Source: Phoronis australis
Lineage: Eukaryota; Animalia; Phoronida
DNA: 64,000 nt
Reading direction: 5' to 3'
Assembly (NCBI GenBank): GCA_002633005.1
Contig: NMRA01000024.1
Coordinates: forward strand, 1,066,551-1,130,550
Both the position numbers and the translations under genes were made by a program. Below are positions 1 through 12,044 of this stretch, one piece after another. Every line of letters begins with the position of its first letter. Positions within the stretch are counted from its first letter, which is position 1. The notes beneath the pieces are model-generated. The model was not told the origin of the DNA, did no database searches, and was given only the letters and a program-made list of their open reading frames with translations.

Positions 1-34
<34 letters not shown>

Positions 35-134
35 AAACTTAGTGGAAGAGCAACATACTTGGCGAAATTTATTTCGCCAAGTAAAAACTTAGTGGAAGAG
101 CAACATACTTGGCGAAATTTATTTCGCCAAGTAA
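1..134 (-). repeat. Poly(A) run plus two exact 50-bp tandem copies, each with a 13-bp-stem hairpin; probably the duplicated 5' end of a Helentron/HINE-like element extending off the window
   Basis: aaacttagtggaagagcaacatacttggcgaaatttatttcgccaagtaa at 35-84 and 85-134; stem tacttggcgaaat/atttcgccaagta. On the minus strand it reads palindrome, short spacer, simple repeat, the layout of HINE/DINE-1 5' ends. Confidence 0.6.
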
Positions 135-1149
135 TGAAGTCAATAATACTAGCATAACATAATGTGGTAATGCATGCAGTAAGTATTATTGTCGCAGCTA
201 AGCCATCGTGTAACAGTCACCACTTAGGTGAGTCAAAAGAAATAAATGGTATTATATTATTTATCATTCGAAAATAAAACAAATATTTCTTCTTTATTCT
301 GTTTGTCAATGCTGCAAACGTATATAATTTATTATTTGAAGATAAAGCAATTGTTTATTCTTTACTCTGTTGGTCAAACCTGCAAATGTCTCGGATTGTT
401 TCCGGGCACCAGCTTTACTCATCGCCTATTAAACAAGTTTCCAACAGCATAAGTCTGAACTTAGGGTCGTTCAACACTTTGTCATCTGGTAATAAATTGG
501 GCTCTTAGATATTGCTTCCCCCATTGACCACTACATAGAGACAGCCATATTAAAAACTGTCTAAAGGACACATAATAAAATTGACAATGTCATTATATGT
601 GGAGGGCTTGCTCATGACTTATATTTTTTATCAGCTTGCGTGGAAAGGGGTCAATGCATATAAAATTGTATGGTCAAAAGGTCAGGTATAAAAACGTGAT
701 AAACAGGATTACATTGTCCATGCCTGGGGTGTTTTTTATTGAATGTTTTGCTGATGTCATTGCCTGTCTGAATGTTTATTTGTGTCATGCTTTAGGATTT
801 TTTTCTGTGATGAGCCGAGTGTACTATGGTAGAGTATGGCTGGAAGGTTTTCATTTTGGTTTTGTAATCTGATCTGAGTTTCTTTGATGTTGACTTTTTT
901 TCTCTCAAGAGAGAAAAAGTGAAACCATCCTCTTAGGACATAAGGATCGCTGCAGTTTCTCAAGGTGACACCGTACATGATTATGTGAGATACAGCAACA
1001 GGTCAGACATGGGTTACTGTTCAACATATTTGTTTTTGATGACCTTTCTTATAAACCAAGTCTGTATTTTTAGCCAAATCTATGGAAAACTATAGAAATT
1101 AGCTCAGTAAATGTAATGAATATATTTTGTGGAAGTAGAAAGCCTTTGG

Positions 1150-2294
1150 ACATTGTTTTTTGGGGGAAAGCATTTCTAGACAACTGATTGGTGGATTTCA
1201 ACTATGAAACTTGTCACACAGGTATATCATGTGAATGTGCCGTCCTCATTTCATTTTTCGGCAGATTTGAGAACTGCAGCACCTCCTAGGGGCCATTTTG
1301 TGTGAGAGCGTTTCTAGATATCTTGAGATTAGAGTGAAGGATTTCAATGGAAATCAACACAGAGGTATATGATGGCAGTGCGGCTGCAACATTAAATTTT
1401 CGAATGGATTTGATGACTTTAGCACCTCTTACTGGCCAGAGAGTTTTGACATGGGGCTTTTCAACATTTCCGAATCATATTTAGAGAACCAATGACGCAT
1501 TTCATTGAAACTCAGTATGCGATGTCAATGCATCAGCACCATTTCATTTTCGGGCCAATTTCACCACTGTAGCTCCTCCTAGTGGCCATTTTGGGTAGTG
1601 CATTTCCATACGATATGTAGAGATCCAAGTGACGAATTTAAATGAAATATGACACAAAGGTTTGTGATGTCTGTGCGCTAGCACCATTAAAAGTTCCGGC
1701 AGATTTGACTGCTGTAGCACCTCCTAGTGACCATTTTGTTCTCAACAGTGGGCTTTGCAAGTGTTGTTTGGGTTGAGAGTGTTTCTGGATTGTAACTAGA
1801 GAACCGAATGACAGATTACAATGAAACTGTACATAATGGTGTATGATGACCATATGCTGGCATCATTTTGTTCTTGACAAGGGACTTTTCAAGTGTTGTT
1901 TGGGAGATGAGCATTTCTGCATAATATCTAGAGACTGATTAACGGATTGCAATCAAAATCAAATCAGAGGTATGTGACGACCACGCACTGTAGTCGGTGG
2001 GCCAGATCTCCTAGCGTTCATCCTTGTGAGTACTTTGGGGGGGGGCAACCTAGTTTTTTCTATGTGGCTAGATAATATACCTATAAATCAAATTCCAAAA
2101 AGTTCCCACGTCTACACTTGCACATTTTTTTTAAAAAAGGTGCTTTTGTTGCACAAAATATGATGCACATTCCTGCCACTGGCACCATTTGATTTTTGGT
2201 CTGATTCGACTACAGCTCCTCCTAGTGGCCCTGATTATGATATCATTTGTAATGCACCGTTGGCCCATGTCAACGCCCCAGTGTTGCTCTTTTT
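1150..2294 (+). mobile_element. Degenerate Helentron/HINE-like element with ~145-bp internal tandem units carrying CTCF-like motifs (array 1)
   Basis: Motif gc(a/t)cctcctagtggcc variants at ~1279, 1422, 1572, 1717, 2215. 3' hairpin caacgc-ccca-gtgttg followed by ctcttttt (2271-2294), like the end of the 6197-7829 element. 5' boundary approximate. Confidence 0.65.
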
Positions 2295-2719
2295 AGGATA
2301 ATTTTGCAAACAATGCATGCATAGCAATTATAAGCAATGGTGAACAGCATGACTATTTCACTGGATGTGTATGTTAACGATAAAATCCCTTGTTCAAATC
2401 TGTTGACGAAGCACAATCGAGGTCGAAAGTTGCGCATTTTAGAATATCCATAAGTATATGCTGTTGTGTTTTGTGACAAAAACAAAAGACAGAGTTTTAA
2501 CGATGAAGTTCCTAGTTTCACTTGAGTGTAAAGCATGTGAGTTTTTTAAGAGTGTGAATTTCTCTTCAGAGCTAGTGGTCACTTTTCATCTAAAAATACA
2601 TTCTTTTAAAACTTGTAATTGTTTCTCTTGATACTGTGACCTCCAGGTATTTGGCTGCTGTTGGTTTTTAAATCCGGATAAATGAAATGAGATGGTCACA
2701 TATAGTCAGTTCGCTTAAT

Positions 2720-2890
2720 CTGTTGCCATGGCTGCTTTTTTGGCAATGCTTGTTATGTTGACCAATTGAAGCAATGAGATGCTCCATTGGACCAATGAAA
2801 ATGTAGGAATACCACCGTATGCGATGCTATGGTGATAAAATAGTGGGTGTTTGGATATATAAAGAGTATGTGTTTTTATTGCAGTTTGGT
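2720..2890 (+). promoter_or_regulatory. Candidate Pol II core promoter (X-box-like, CCAAT boxes, TATA, Inr-like)
   Basis: gttgccatggctgc 2722-2735; CCAAT/ATTGG at 2762, 2786, 2792; TATATAAAG 2856-2864; GCAGTTT 2881-2887. Motif order and spacing only. Confidence 0.3.
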
Positions 2891-5364
2891 TTCCGTAGGC
2901 TCAGAATTCAAACACAAATCATATGAAAACAAGTTTTAAAATTTTAGTTAAATTCTGTCGTAATATTTTTCATCCTAAAAGTGATTCGATTTTGCCAATG
3001 CCTTGTGATCTGAAAAATTCGTCCTCTCGAATTTAATTCAATACCTATTTGTAGCTTCTTCATCACGCGGGTCACCACTGGAGATGCTGGTGGTGTAACG
3101 TACCAGAGACCTGGAAATTACATCAAAGCACACATACGTAGCATTTTCCAACAAATTACCTGCCCTGATCTCTCACATACTTACAGTTATGTAAGTTTTA
3201 TGCATACCAAGTGCGAGTTAAAATGAAGCTTAGGTGTGCATTAATTATCAGTGAAATGTTCAGTAATTTGTTCCTGTAGTGTCACCTGATATTTCAGGCT
3301 CAATTTTTGGAGAGAGGTGCGAGGTTGCTCGTAGTCTCTAGAAGTGCTCTGCTGATCTTTTGCGGTGGCAGGGGTACGGGGGGTGCAGCTGGAAATTTGG
3401 GATTCTCGTCATTTTAAAGACTAAACACAAGAAAGATACATTATAAGGAACTTCCATGGAAAAAATCACTTGCTCATTTTGTTTGCGTTGCTCCCAAATT
3501 GATCCCTTTTGTAGGGAATTATGCTGGAAAAAAGTCTCTTTTGTGGGGACTAGTTCAATCTGAAAGCACCCTCTTGTCTGTGCTTTGGCCGTGAAGAATC
3601 CTCTTGTCTTGGAGCAGCACATGTCCTATTGGATTACCCCCAGGCTGGCAGTAGATTGCTCAGTTAACTTCAGGGGGGGACTTTCTTATCTCTGCTCAAG
3701 GTAAGGAATAGCAGAGTAACCATGCATTTTCTAGATCTACCCATAATTATACATCAGAGTTTAGTTTTTTGGCCAAATTCTATTCTATTTCTTTTCATCA
3801 AGCTTACCAAATTATACCTAATTCATTGTTTCTTTGTGTATGTTATTTTTTAGCTGATGCTGATGTCTATGGTACGCATGGCATTTTGCATGCCAAATGC
3901 ACTTGTTATCATGTCCAAAACCATTGTTAATCTAGTTCATGACTCCAATATTACAAAATATTATCAATTGCGATTTATTAAGAATGCCCGGTGCCTGACA
4001 ATGCGATGATAAATCAAGCTTGCTTTTGCACTGTTTATCCATTTACCTTTGAATCACCTGACTCTGATAACCAATGGCTGATGTCACACATGTGGAGTTA
4101 CTCATATGTACTTTAATTGATAGTCTGGTAACTACTGTAAGTCAGTGTCACCTTGGGTAAAGCAATACAATCGGCTCAAAAAATTATCTTCCAGATGTGA
4201 TCCTTTTTCGCACTATCTAGGCGAAGATCACTTGTGGTTGTTTGGGTTTTCCATAATGGGAATTTTAGAAAATCGCCAAACTGTGAAGATAATAGCCCAC
4301 ATTGTCATATATTGTTTATGCTTTAATGCATTTTGTGCAATTGAGGCTGCCCCTGTTATTTCCACTTTTCTCAGTCTCATTTTGTCACTGCTAGAGTGCC
4401 CTAACAACTTTCTACAGTACGAGACAAAAGTACTGTTTCCTTGTTATGGCAGCTATTTCAGCATAAATGACCAGTAAAATTATCGTGAGGCAAAATTATA
4501 ATTCCCGATAATTTCTTCAGTCTGAATACTTGTGGTGTGTATAGTATCTTTAGGTCAATTGGTTTCACTACGTAACTTAAGTAAAAATTTTTCAGTTTGG
4601 TGCACAATATGACAGACAGAAGAAAAGTCCTTTTTGCCAAATTTCGTATCAAAAATAACTTTTCAGAAAAATTCGGTTTGCTTTTAGCGTGGTTTGTATG
4701 GCATAGCTATTACCAAATGGCATTTTCTAAAAATTTGAGCATTTACAAGGATGTGGTAAGCCTCAGAAAAATAGAAATTTGGCATTTATAGCAAATACAT
4801 TTGTCCCAATTTGAAGAATTTTCACCATGCATCTTTGTTGCTATTGGTTTTATCTTCCTATTGTCAGTTCGAATGCAGGTATTCTTGAAATCTGCTTTTG
4901 TTTTGCTTACGCTGCATTTCGCTGCCACTTGAAATGAGCATTCAAAAAGGTGTTTTATTTGCCGTCTTACTAGTATCAGCATAAAATCAATATGCAAAAT
5001 TGTAATCTGGCCAATCACATGTGAGCACCATGTGCAAACAGCATCTATTAACCATAAATGTCATCATTGGAGTGAATGGTAGAATCCCACCAATTGAGGA
5101 CAAAATATGGCGGACAGGTGAAATTTCATTTTCTCATTTTTTCGTAAATGATTTGCAGTACTGGAATGATGCTTTGCCATATCTACGGTCAGAAAATATT
5201 TTGAAAAATTGTGGACATTCACAACAATGTTATAAGACCTTGAAAAAATGAAAAATATGTAATTTTGACAATTATTTTTGTCCGAAATTGATGAGATTTT
5301 ATCAAAGGCTTCTTATTGTTAAACAAATCTGCAAGCTAATTTGGGTGGGTGAGTACAAGTTAGA

Positions 5365-5469
5365 CCGTAATCGTTCGGGTTAACGCCCACTGCTCGGTAA
5401 AACCGCCCTCCCCCGATTTTTTGGATTCGCCAATTTAACCGCCCAGGGCATTAACCCGAACGATTACGG
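5365..5469. mobile_element. ~105-bp MITE, Tc1/mariner-like (CCGTA...TACGG termini)
   Basis: TIRs ccgtaatcgttcgggttaacgccc / gggcattaacccgaacgattacgg (24 bp, 1 mismatch); TA on the right flank, GA on the left. Confidence 0.8.
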
Positions 5470-6042
5470 TAGATCAGATGACTGTAAGGAGTGTTCAAAT
5501 ATTCTTTCATTTTTTATCGAGACTGTAATACAGAGGCTGAGTTGAACACAGAAAGGCACAAAATGCCATAATTCCATTGCACTATTTTGGCCTTCATTCT
5601 TCACAAATCTGTGGAATATCTACAGTTTTTTTTACTTTCCCCATTACTCCGCAAGTCCCCTGTTTTGTGGAGTTTCAGTCAGTTGGAAAGCACAACTCCC
5701 GAATTTAAACACCATAACTGTTTGGAAAACAGGTGGATTAAGCTGGAGAGTAGCCCAAATTTCCTGCAATGGAAAAGGTTAACTCCACTTGAACGGGAGT
5801 AGTTGCTGGAGGTCGCTACATGCACCACAGGTACTCAGTCAAAAGTGCTAATCAACTACATCAATAGGTGTTAAATCCATAGAACTAGAAGAAATTCTGA
5901 TGTCGCTACTGGAGAGGAGTTAGTGGAAAGGTAAGGGGAGTTGTCATGAGTTGCGATAAATCAGAGTTTCACTTATGGGAAAGTGATATTTGTGTCAGCT
6001 TATTTACAAAGTGTGCCATGTAGGCCTTGTTGCTATTCTATA

Positions 6043-8155
6043 GGCCTTTTCATACTGACTTAACTCCGGTCGATGTAAACTGCGAAGTTAACTAAACCGC
6101 TCATATCGGCTTCGATAATTACAAACATCGAAGTAAACGGTAGGTTATGCTGTTGTCATCGAAGTAATCGCAATGTAGCGCTGCACACTAAGATTTTTAT
6201 GCGCCCACATATTTTTGACGTATGTTCATGAAATGTTGCACTTGTGTTCCTTCTGTGGATGGGACGGCATGAGTGAACTTTCGGACGGATCTGACTACCG
6301 GTGTGCCCCTAGTGGCAATTTTAGTTTTTTACGTTTACCTATGTATCTTCAAAAGTCCTGAATGGATTTTCATAAAATTTGGTATATAGGCACCTATTAG
6401 TGAGATAACATTATCCTACCGTTTTCAGATGGATTTGACGTAGTTTGCGCCACCTAGTGGCCATTTTTACTGTTTTTGAGTTTTTTTTTGCGTCCACACC
6501 TCTATCAACCAAACCGCTCAAAGGATGATTGTGAAAATTGGCATGTATGTTCTTACTATAAAATGGATGGCTGATGATGATTTTCTGACGACTTCGACTA
6601 CTGTGGCGCCTCCTAGTGGCAGTTTTCTTTTTTTGTGCCTATGGCTGTATCCCCTAAACCGTTGGCAGGATCTTTACTAAATTTATTAAGTATATTTATA
6701 TGATGTTAACAACACAGGGCAACGACTTTCAGACGGATCTGACTACTGGTGTGCCACCTAGTGGCAATTTTTTTTTTACGTTTACCTCTGTATGTTCAAA
6801 GGTCCTCAAGGTATTTTCATAAAATATGGCATACAGGCATCTGTTAATGAAATCACGCTATCTTTCCGTTTTCAGATGGCTTCGACCTAATTTGCGCCAC
6901 CTAGTGGCCATTTTTACTGTTTTCGAATCTGTTTTTTGGCGTCCACTCGTCTATCAACCAAACCGCTTTCAGGGTAATTGTGAAAATTTACATGTATGTT
7001 TTTACTATGAAGTGGACGGCTGACGACGATTTTCCAATTTTCCGACAAGTTCGACTACTGTAGTGCCTCTTAGTGGCAGTTTTGTTTTTTTGCGCTCATG
7101 GCTGTATCTATTAAATCGTTTGCAGGATCTTTACTTAATTTAGCAAGTGTACTTATATGATGTTGACAATGGATGAAAAGTGGTGTGCCCCCTAGTGGCA
7201 ATTTTAGTTTTTTACATTTACCAGTCTGTAGCTTCAAAGGTACTCAACAGATTTTCATAAAATTTTGAATATAGGCATCTATTGGTGAGATGACGCTATC
7301 ATCCTGTTTTGAGATGGAGTCGAGGTATTTTGCACCAACTGGTGGCCATTTTTTGCTGTTTTCAAATCTTGTTTTTGGCGTCCACCCCATGATCAACCAA
7401 ATAATTCTAGGGATGGTTTTGAAAATTGGTGTATATGTTTTCAGTGTGAAGAGGACGTTTGATGATGGCGACTGACTACTGTGGTGTCTCCTAGTGGTAG
7501 TTTTGTTTTGTTTTGCGCCCACTGCTGTATCTCCAAAACCCACTGCAGGATCTTTATTAAATTTAGTGAGTGAATTGATATGAAGCTAACAGGCGAATGG
7601 AATGGACACTATGCCCACAAGTGGCACTGTCATTTTGTTCTGTTTTCCCTTATTTATCTGAAGTTCGTTGACAGATTTTTATGAAATATGGCATGTACCC
7701 GTTTTTGGATGGATTGTACATTTTTGCACCATCTAGTGGCCATTTTTATTATACAAATAAATTACCCCAAAAGCACACCATTTGCCATGCATCTGTGGGC
7801 GCATTTCAACGCTCTGCGTTGCTCTTGTTTTTAATGTGACAATTTGGGATCATTCACATGATTGTGCTTATTGACATAAAACTTGTTTTTAATTTGATTG
7901 GTGATTATTCAAGCAAAATATAAGCAACATTATCGTTTAATTGTTGATGATAATAGTGGCACCTGGCGATAACTTTGATGGGATCGAAGTTGACCGTTCA
8001 TACTGCACCGCAGCATCAACGCTCCACTGTTAAATCCACCTGTTTACTGCAAAGTTAACTGGTGCTGTTAACTTCGATCCAGGACCGAAGTTTAGCATTC
8101 ATACTGACCGCAACTCCCCAAAACATCAAGGCCTCCACATTAGTATGATTGGCCC
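6043..8155 (+). mobile_element. PIF/Harbinger-like MITE (~470 bp) split by the HINE-like insertion; pieces 6043-6196 and 7830-8155
   Basis: Termini ggccttttcatact...agtatgattggccc; both pieces are colinear with the reverse complement of the uninterrupted copy at 46767-47225. Confidence 0.8.
6197..7829 (+). mobile_element. Helentron-associated non-autonomous element (HINE/DINE-1-like) with both ends present and 11 tandem units, each with a CTCF-like motif (array 2)
   Basis: Subterminal IR atgcgcccaca (6199-6209) / tgtgggcgcat (7794-7804); 3' hairpin caacgc-tct-gcgttg (7807-7821); inserted in a T run without an obvious TSD. Motifs at ~6302, 6447, 6606, 6751, 6894, 7063, 7185, 7332, 7484, 7611, 7726. 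Confidence 0.85.
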
Positions 8156-11100
8156 TTATGAGTGACATTGCACCGGTTATGTAACCTGTGTTTTTGATTG
8201 GTCATCATTTGATCCACCCACTGAGCTAGCCCTCACAGTATGGGTAATTACTAAATGGAAAGGAAGTGGTGGGCAGGTGTCACCGCTAAACTACAGATAC
8301 TTATTTATGTAGCATAGTTTGTGGGACGCTTTTATGAAATACAGCAGTGCCCTCTATGGCTGTAGTGTTTGCCTATTCAAAGTACTGTAGTCATTATATT
8401 GGGCATTTGCTGCTATGCTCTAATCTCCATTTTCAAAGAAAATAGACATACCATTTGTCATTTGTTGCAAGCTGACTTGAGGAAGTCTGAAAATTTCTGT
8501 CAGGTGTGATAAATTGTTCTTGACTTTTGCAGTCGGCTCAGAAGTATGTCAGCGGCCCAGAAATGTACCTTTTGGGATCTAATGACCGGTTTAGGCTGAA
8601 GTTTGGAATCGATATACTTTGAATTGAACGATAATTCCAACCAGCTTTAGTTGCTTTGTCTCCCCATATACACAAAAACTGAATCCTTCCAGACGATGCC
8701 GCCATCTACTGGAAGAATACCGTGCATACGCATCTTCGTGTTATTGGATTGTTTACCGTACCTACGATTTACGTCGCGTTTCGACTGACATCGACTACTT
8801 AGCTAGACAGCTAGTTATTTAACCATACCAGCATTTCACCCAGTGTTTAGCTTGGTAAAAAACAAAGTCCAATTGAAGTTGCTATGTCCCATTAAAACCA
8901 TGAACATTTAAATTTGTAGCAAGCACCACCCAGTGACTTCTTGGAGAACTGTGTGTACCAGTGTAATCAGGAAAAGAAACAATTTGTGAATAAATTGCGA
9001 TTTTTAAGAAAACACCATAAATGTTACACGTAAAAACAACCGTGAATACATAAAAACCCATAGTAATTCCAAATATTACACAATCTTTATTTGATAGTGA
9101 AGTAAACAAATATTAAAAAACATGCCTTGTTTCATTAGGGTAATGATGAAATATTACCACATTCATTTACATAAAAACAGTCTCGCAAATGAGACTTTTG
9201 TGACATTGTAATGGTAACTGGTTCTCGGATGGTTTCTGGCACACTGGAGGACGCGAGGTTGTTTGTAAATTAATACTTCATTTGTATATTCACAATTTAA
9301 TGGGACTATGCATCTTTAAGCTTTTTAATCTAATAAAATCGGTCTAATAATATTCCTTCTGATAACATTCTATCCATTTTATTTCCATTGCCCACATGAT
9401 TGAAACCATGACCAACTCAAGAAAATGCTTTGAGTTCACTGGAATTGTCCAATCCTAAAATTATGAATTCAAAAATCGCCATGATGTACACATTGTCTGT
9501 GACTTTAGTCAGCAATGGAAACAAAATCCTATGACATTATGAAATGTTTTGAGATGGATGTGATGAGAGTACAAAGCCCAATTCGATTTTCATCCTTTAG
9601 TAAGCTAAACCAGTTGAACTGCAGCTTTTAATATTTGGTTTTTTATCTTGCTGGGGGAAATGCTTGCTGTTAGTGTGTTTTTCAAACTTCCCTTGTTCAA
9701 CACATCAAGAAGATAAGAGTTCCCTTAAAATGCCCTTTACATATATTAGAGCGTCATATCGTAAATCACAGATCTATAGAAAATTAAATTTCTGCGGTGA
9801 AAAAACACATGTTGGCACTCCTAGGACTGTTTTCAGCGTGTGTTTGTTTGATAAAACGTCAATTATTGCTGGCATATCTGCAGTGCCTAGTGACAGATAC
9901 GATATTAGCGGATTAAAAAAACGATGATAACAGACCTGTAAAAGGACAGCTGATGGGTTGAAGTGACCAGCTGATCTGTGCTTCTATCTCTCACACTCCT
10001 GTGGGCTTATTTGGTGAATGTAGGTACGTAGCACTTTGCAACTGCTTAATTGGGGACTTGGGGCTTTTTTGCCTTAAAGACAGGATGCTGGTGTTAATAT
10101 GCGTATTTGGCTTCCAACCTTTTGAAAGTTGGAATAGATTCAAAATGTTTTAAAGGCTTTTTACAGCACTTGTTTAAAACAAACTTAAAATAGATAGCTA
10201 TGAGTATTTCCATGTGTCTTGTGTTTGTCTTCTTTGGAACTCTACGAGCAAACTTTTGCGAAACTTTGGCTGGCTATTTTGCCCCTTGTTGGTTGCTAAA
10301 TTCCGTTATTGGTCACTGATAGGACTGGACATTGCCCAGTTAATACCATCCTATATGTAGACTGAGGCTTATGTCTCCCCTTGATTTTCTAATTGACTGT
10401 AGTGTTGAATGTTTATTATGTAGTTTTATGTTTGTTGCTTTCCAAAGACACCAACTTTCTTGTTTTTTCCAGTCCTACAAAATGATTAATTAGGGGGGGA
10501 CTGACAGCTGTAACCTCTTCATTATCTCATTTAAAATACAACTGTATGGACTGAGGTTCTTGGTTGACATGAGGTAGAGTTGTCAACATCAACTAGTTGT
10601 GACGCACATTTGTCATGTTTTTAAAACATGTAATATTATTTAATTAAGGTCAATTGGTTGAAAAGCGGTTTTGAAGACTATCAGCTTGAGCACACCCAGT
10701 TAAGCAGGTTTAGCTAGTGCACCAGTTTTTATCATGTTTTTCTCCCCTACATAATGTTGGGTATGAACTTTAGCCCCATAATGTCATTGTCGAATGATAT
10801 TGAGTGATAAAAAATAGCATAGTGACCCTCTATTAAAAAAGGTTGACAAATCTGATATTTAAGTCAGCTGGCGTTTTTAGGGCAATTTATTCATTGCAGG
10901 AATTTAGGTAGCACGGTTGTCTTCATTTAAAGGTGTTGTCTTTGATTTTGTCTTTACAAACTTGAGATGAGAGGAGTAATCAAAAGTTTTTTATCTCTTC
11001 ACACCTGTGAGGAATGGTAGGTGATATGGAATATTTAGCAACTAAATGATTTTTTTCTTGTAACTAACAAAAATCATTTAAACGTCTAATGTTCCATTTT

Positions 11101-12044
11101 CAAACTATGTTTGTAAAGAATGTGGAATTTAGAAAAAAAGTGTTAACTTTTCTTTGTACTGGTCTTCTCAAAAGTTTTTCTTGTGGGAGGTGAGCACAAA
11201 TGTTTTGCTGGGGTTCAATTCTTATGCATTGCAATTCATGTGAAAAAAATTACCTGATCAATTGTAACCTTTATAGTGATGACTTACAACCGGTGTTTAT
11301 TTTTTATGTTCTGCCGTGTCTTAAGTAAAGTTGACCACGCTTGACCTAAATCAAACACTAAATTGTCCAGATTCCAGGAAAGCACTTGATCAACAAATCT
11401 TGTGTTTGTATGGTGTGTGAAAAGTACAAGGTGCCATAAAATCGTTATAAAAATACTGATGTTTTTACCGCATTAAAAAAGCGTTGTAACCTTTAAAATC
11501 ATGAACCCAGAACTTATCCTGGAGGATGTTTTTTAGGATAATGGGTTGGCCATTATTAAGTATTAAAATAATAATAGAATTTCTGTCAGTACGAGATAAA
11601 CTAAAGAATGAGGTCAAATGTTTGTTCCGGGAGTAAGTGAGTGTAATTATTGAAGGGAGATCAGGTTTTCTTTGTCAGGGTAGGGTTTTTGTTTTTTTTT
11701 TCAAAAAAACTTTATCATGAGCATTTCAATTGACTGCTTGGCAACGAGTTATGTTACTTTATCATGTCATATTTTTCTTTAAAGTATTTATGCCATGTTT
11801 CGTGAACGAGTTCGAGACGAAATTGCCAACTTTAAGTTTGTTAAATCATGAAAGCGGCGGTGAATCTTTCCGTTGGAGCACTCAATGAACTCAGTTCAGT
11901 CCTTCAGGTTTTGTCAGGTGTAATTCGAAATGCTAGCTCCCGACTAACACTGTTCTTATTATTGACAAGTATGCTTATTAAGCCAACATACAGATGTTAA
12001 CTTCCTAAAGGTTATATTTTCTGGAAGTGGCTTGACTTAGTATA

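Noticed and set aside
6826-7543. Short ORFs within the tandem arrays (also 44787-46029)
   Set aside because: Incidental frames in repeat units; no Rep/helicase or transposase motifs.
6280-7750. CRISPR-like appearance (conserved short repeat with spacers)
   Set aside because: The spacers are ~130 bp and homologous to each other, the context is animal DNA with spliceosomal introns, and there are no cas genes.
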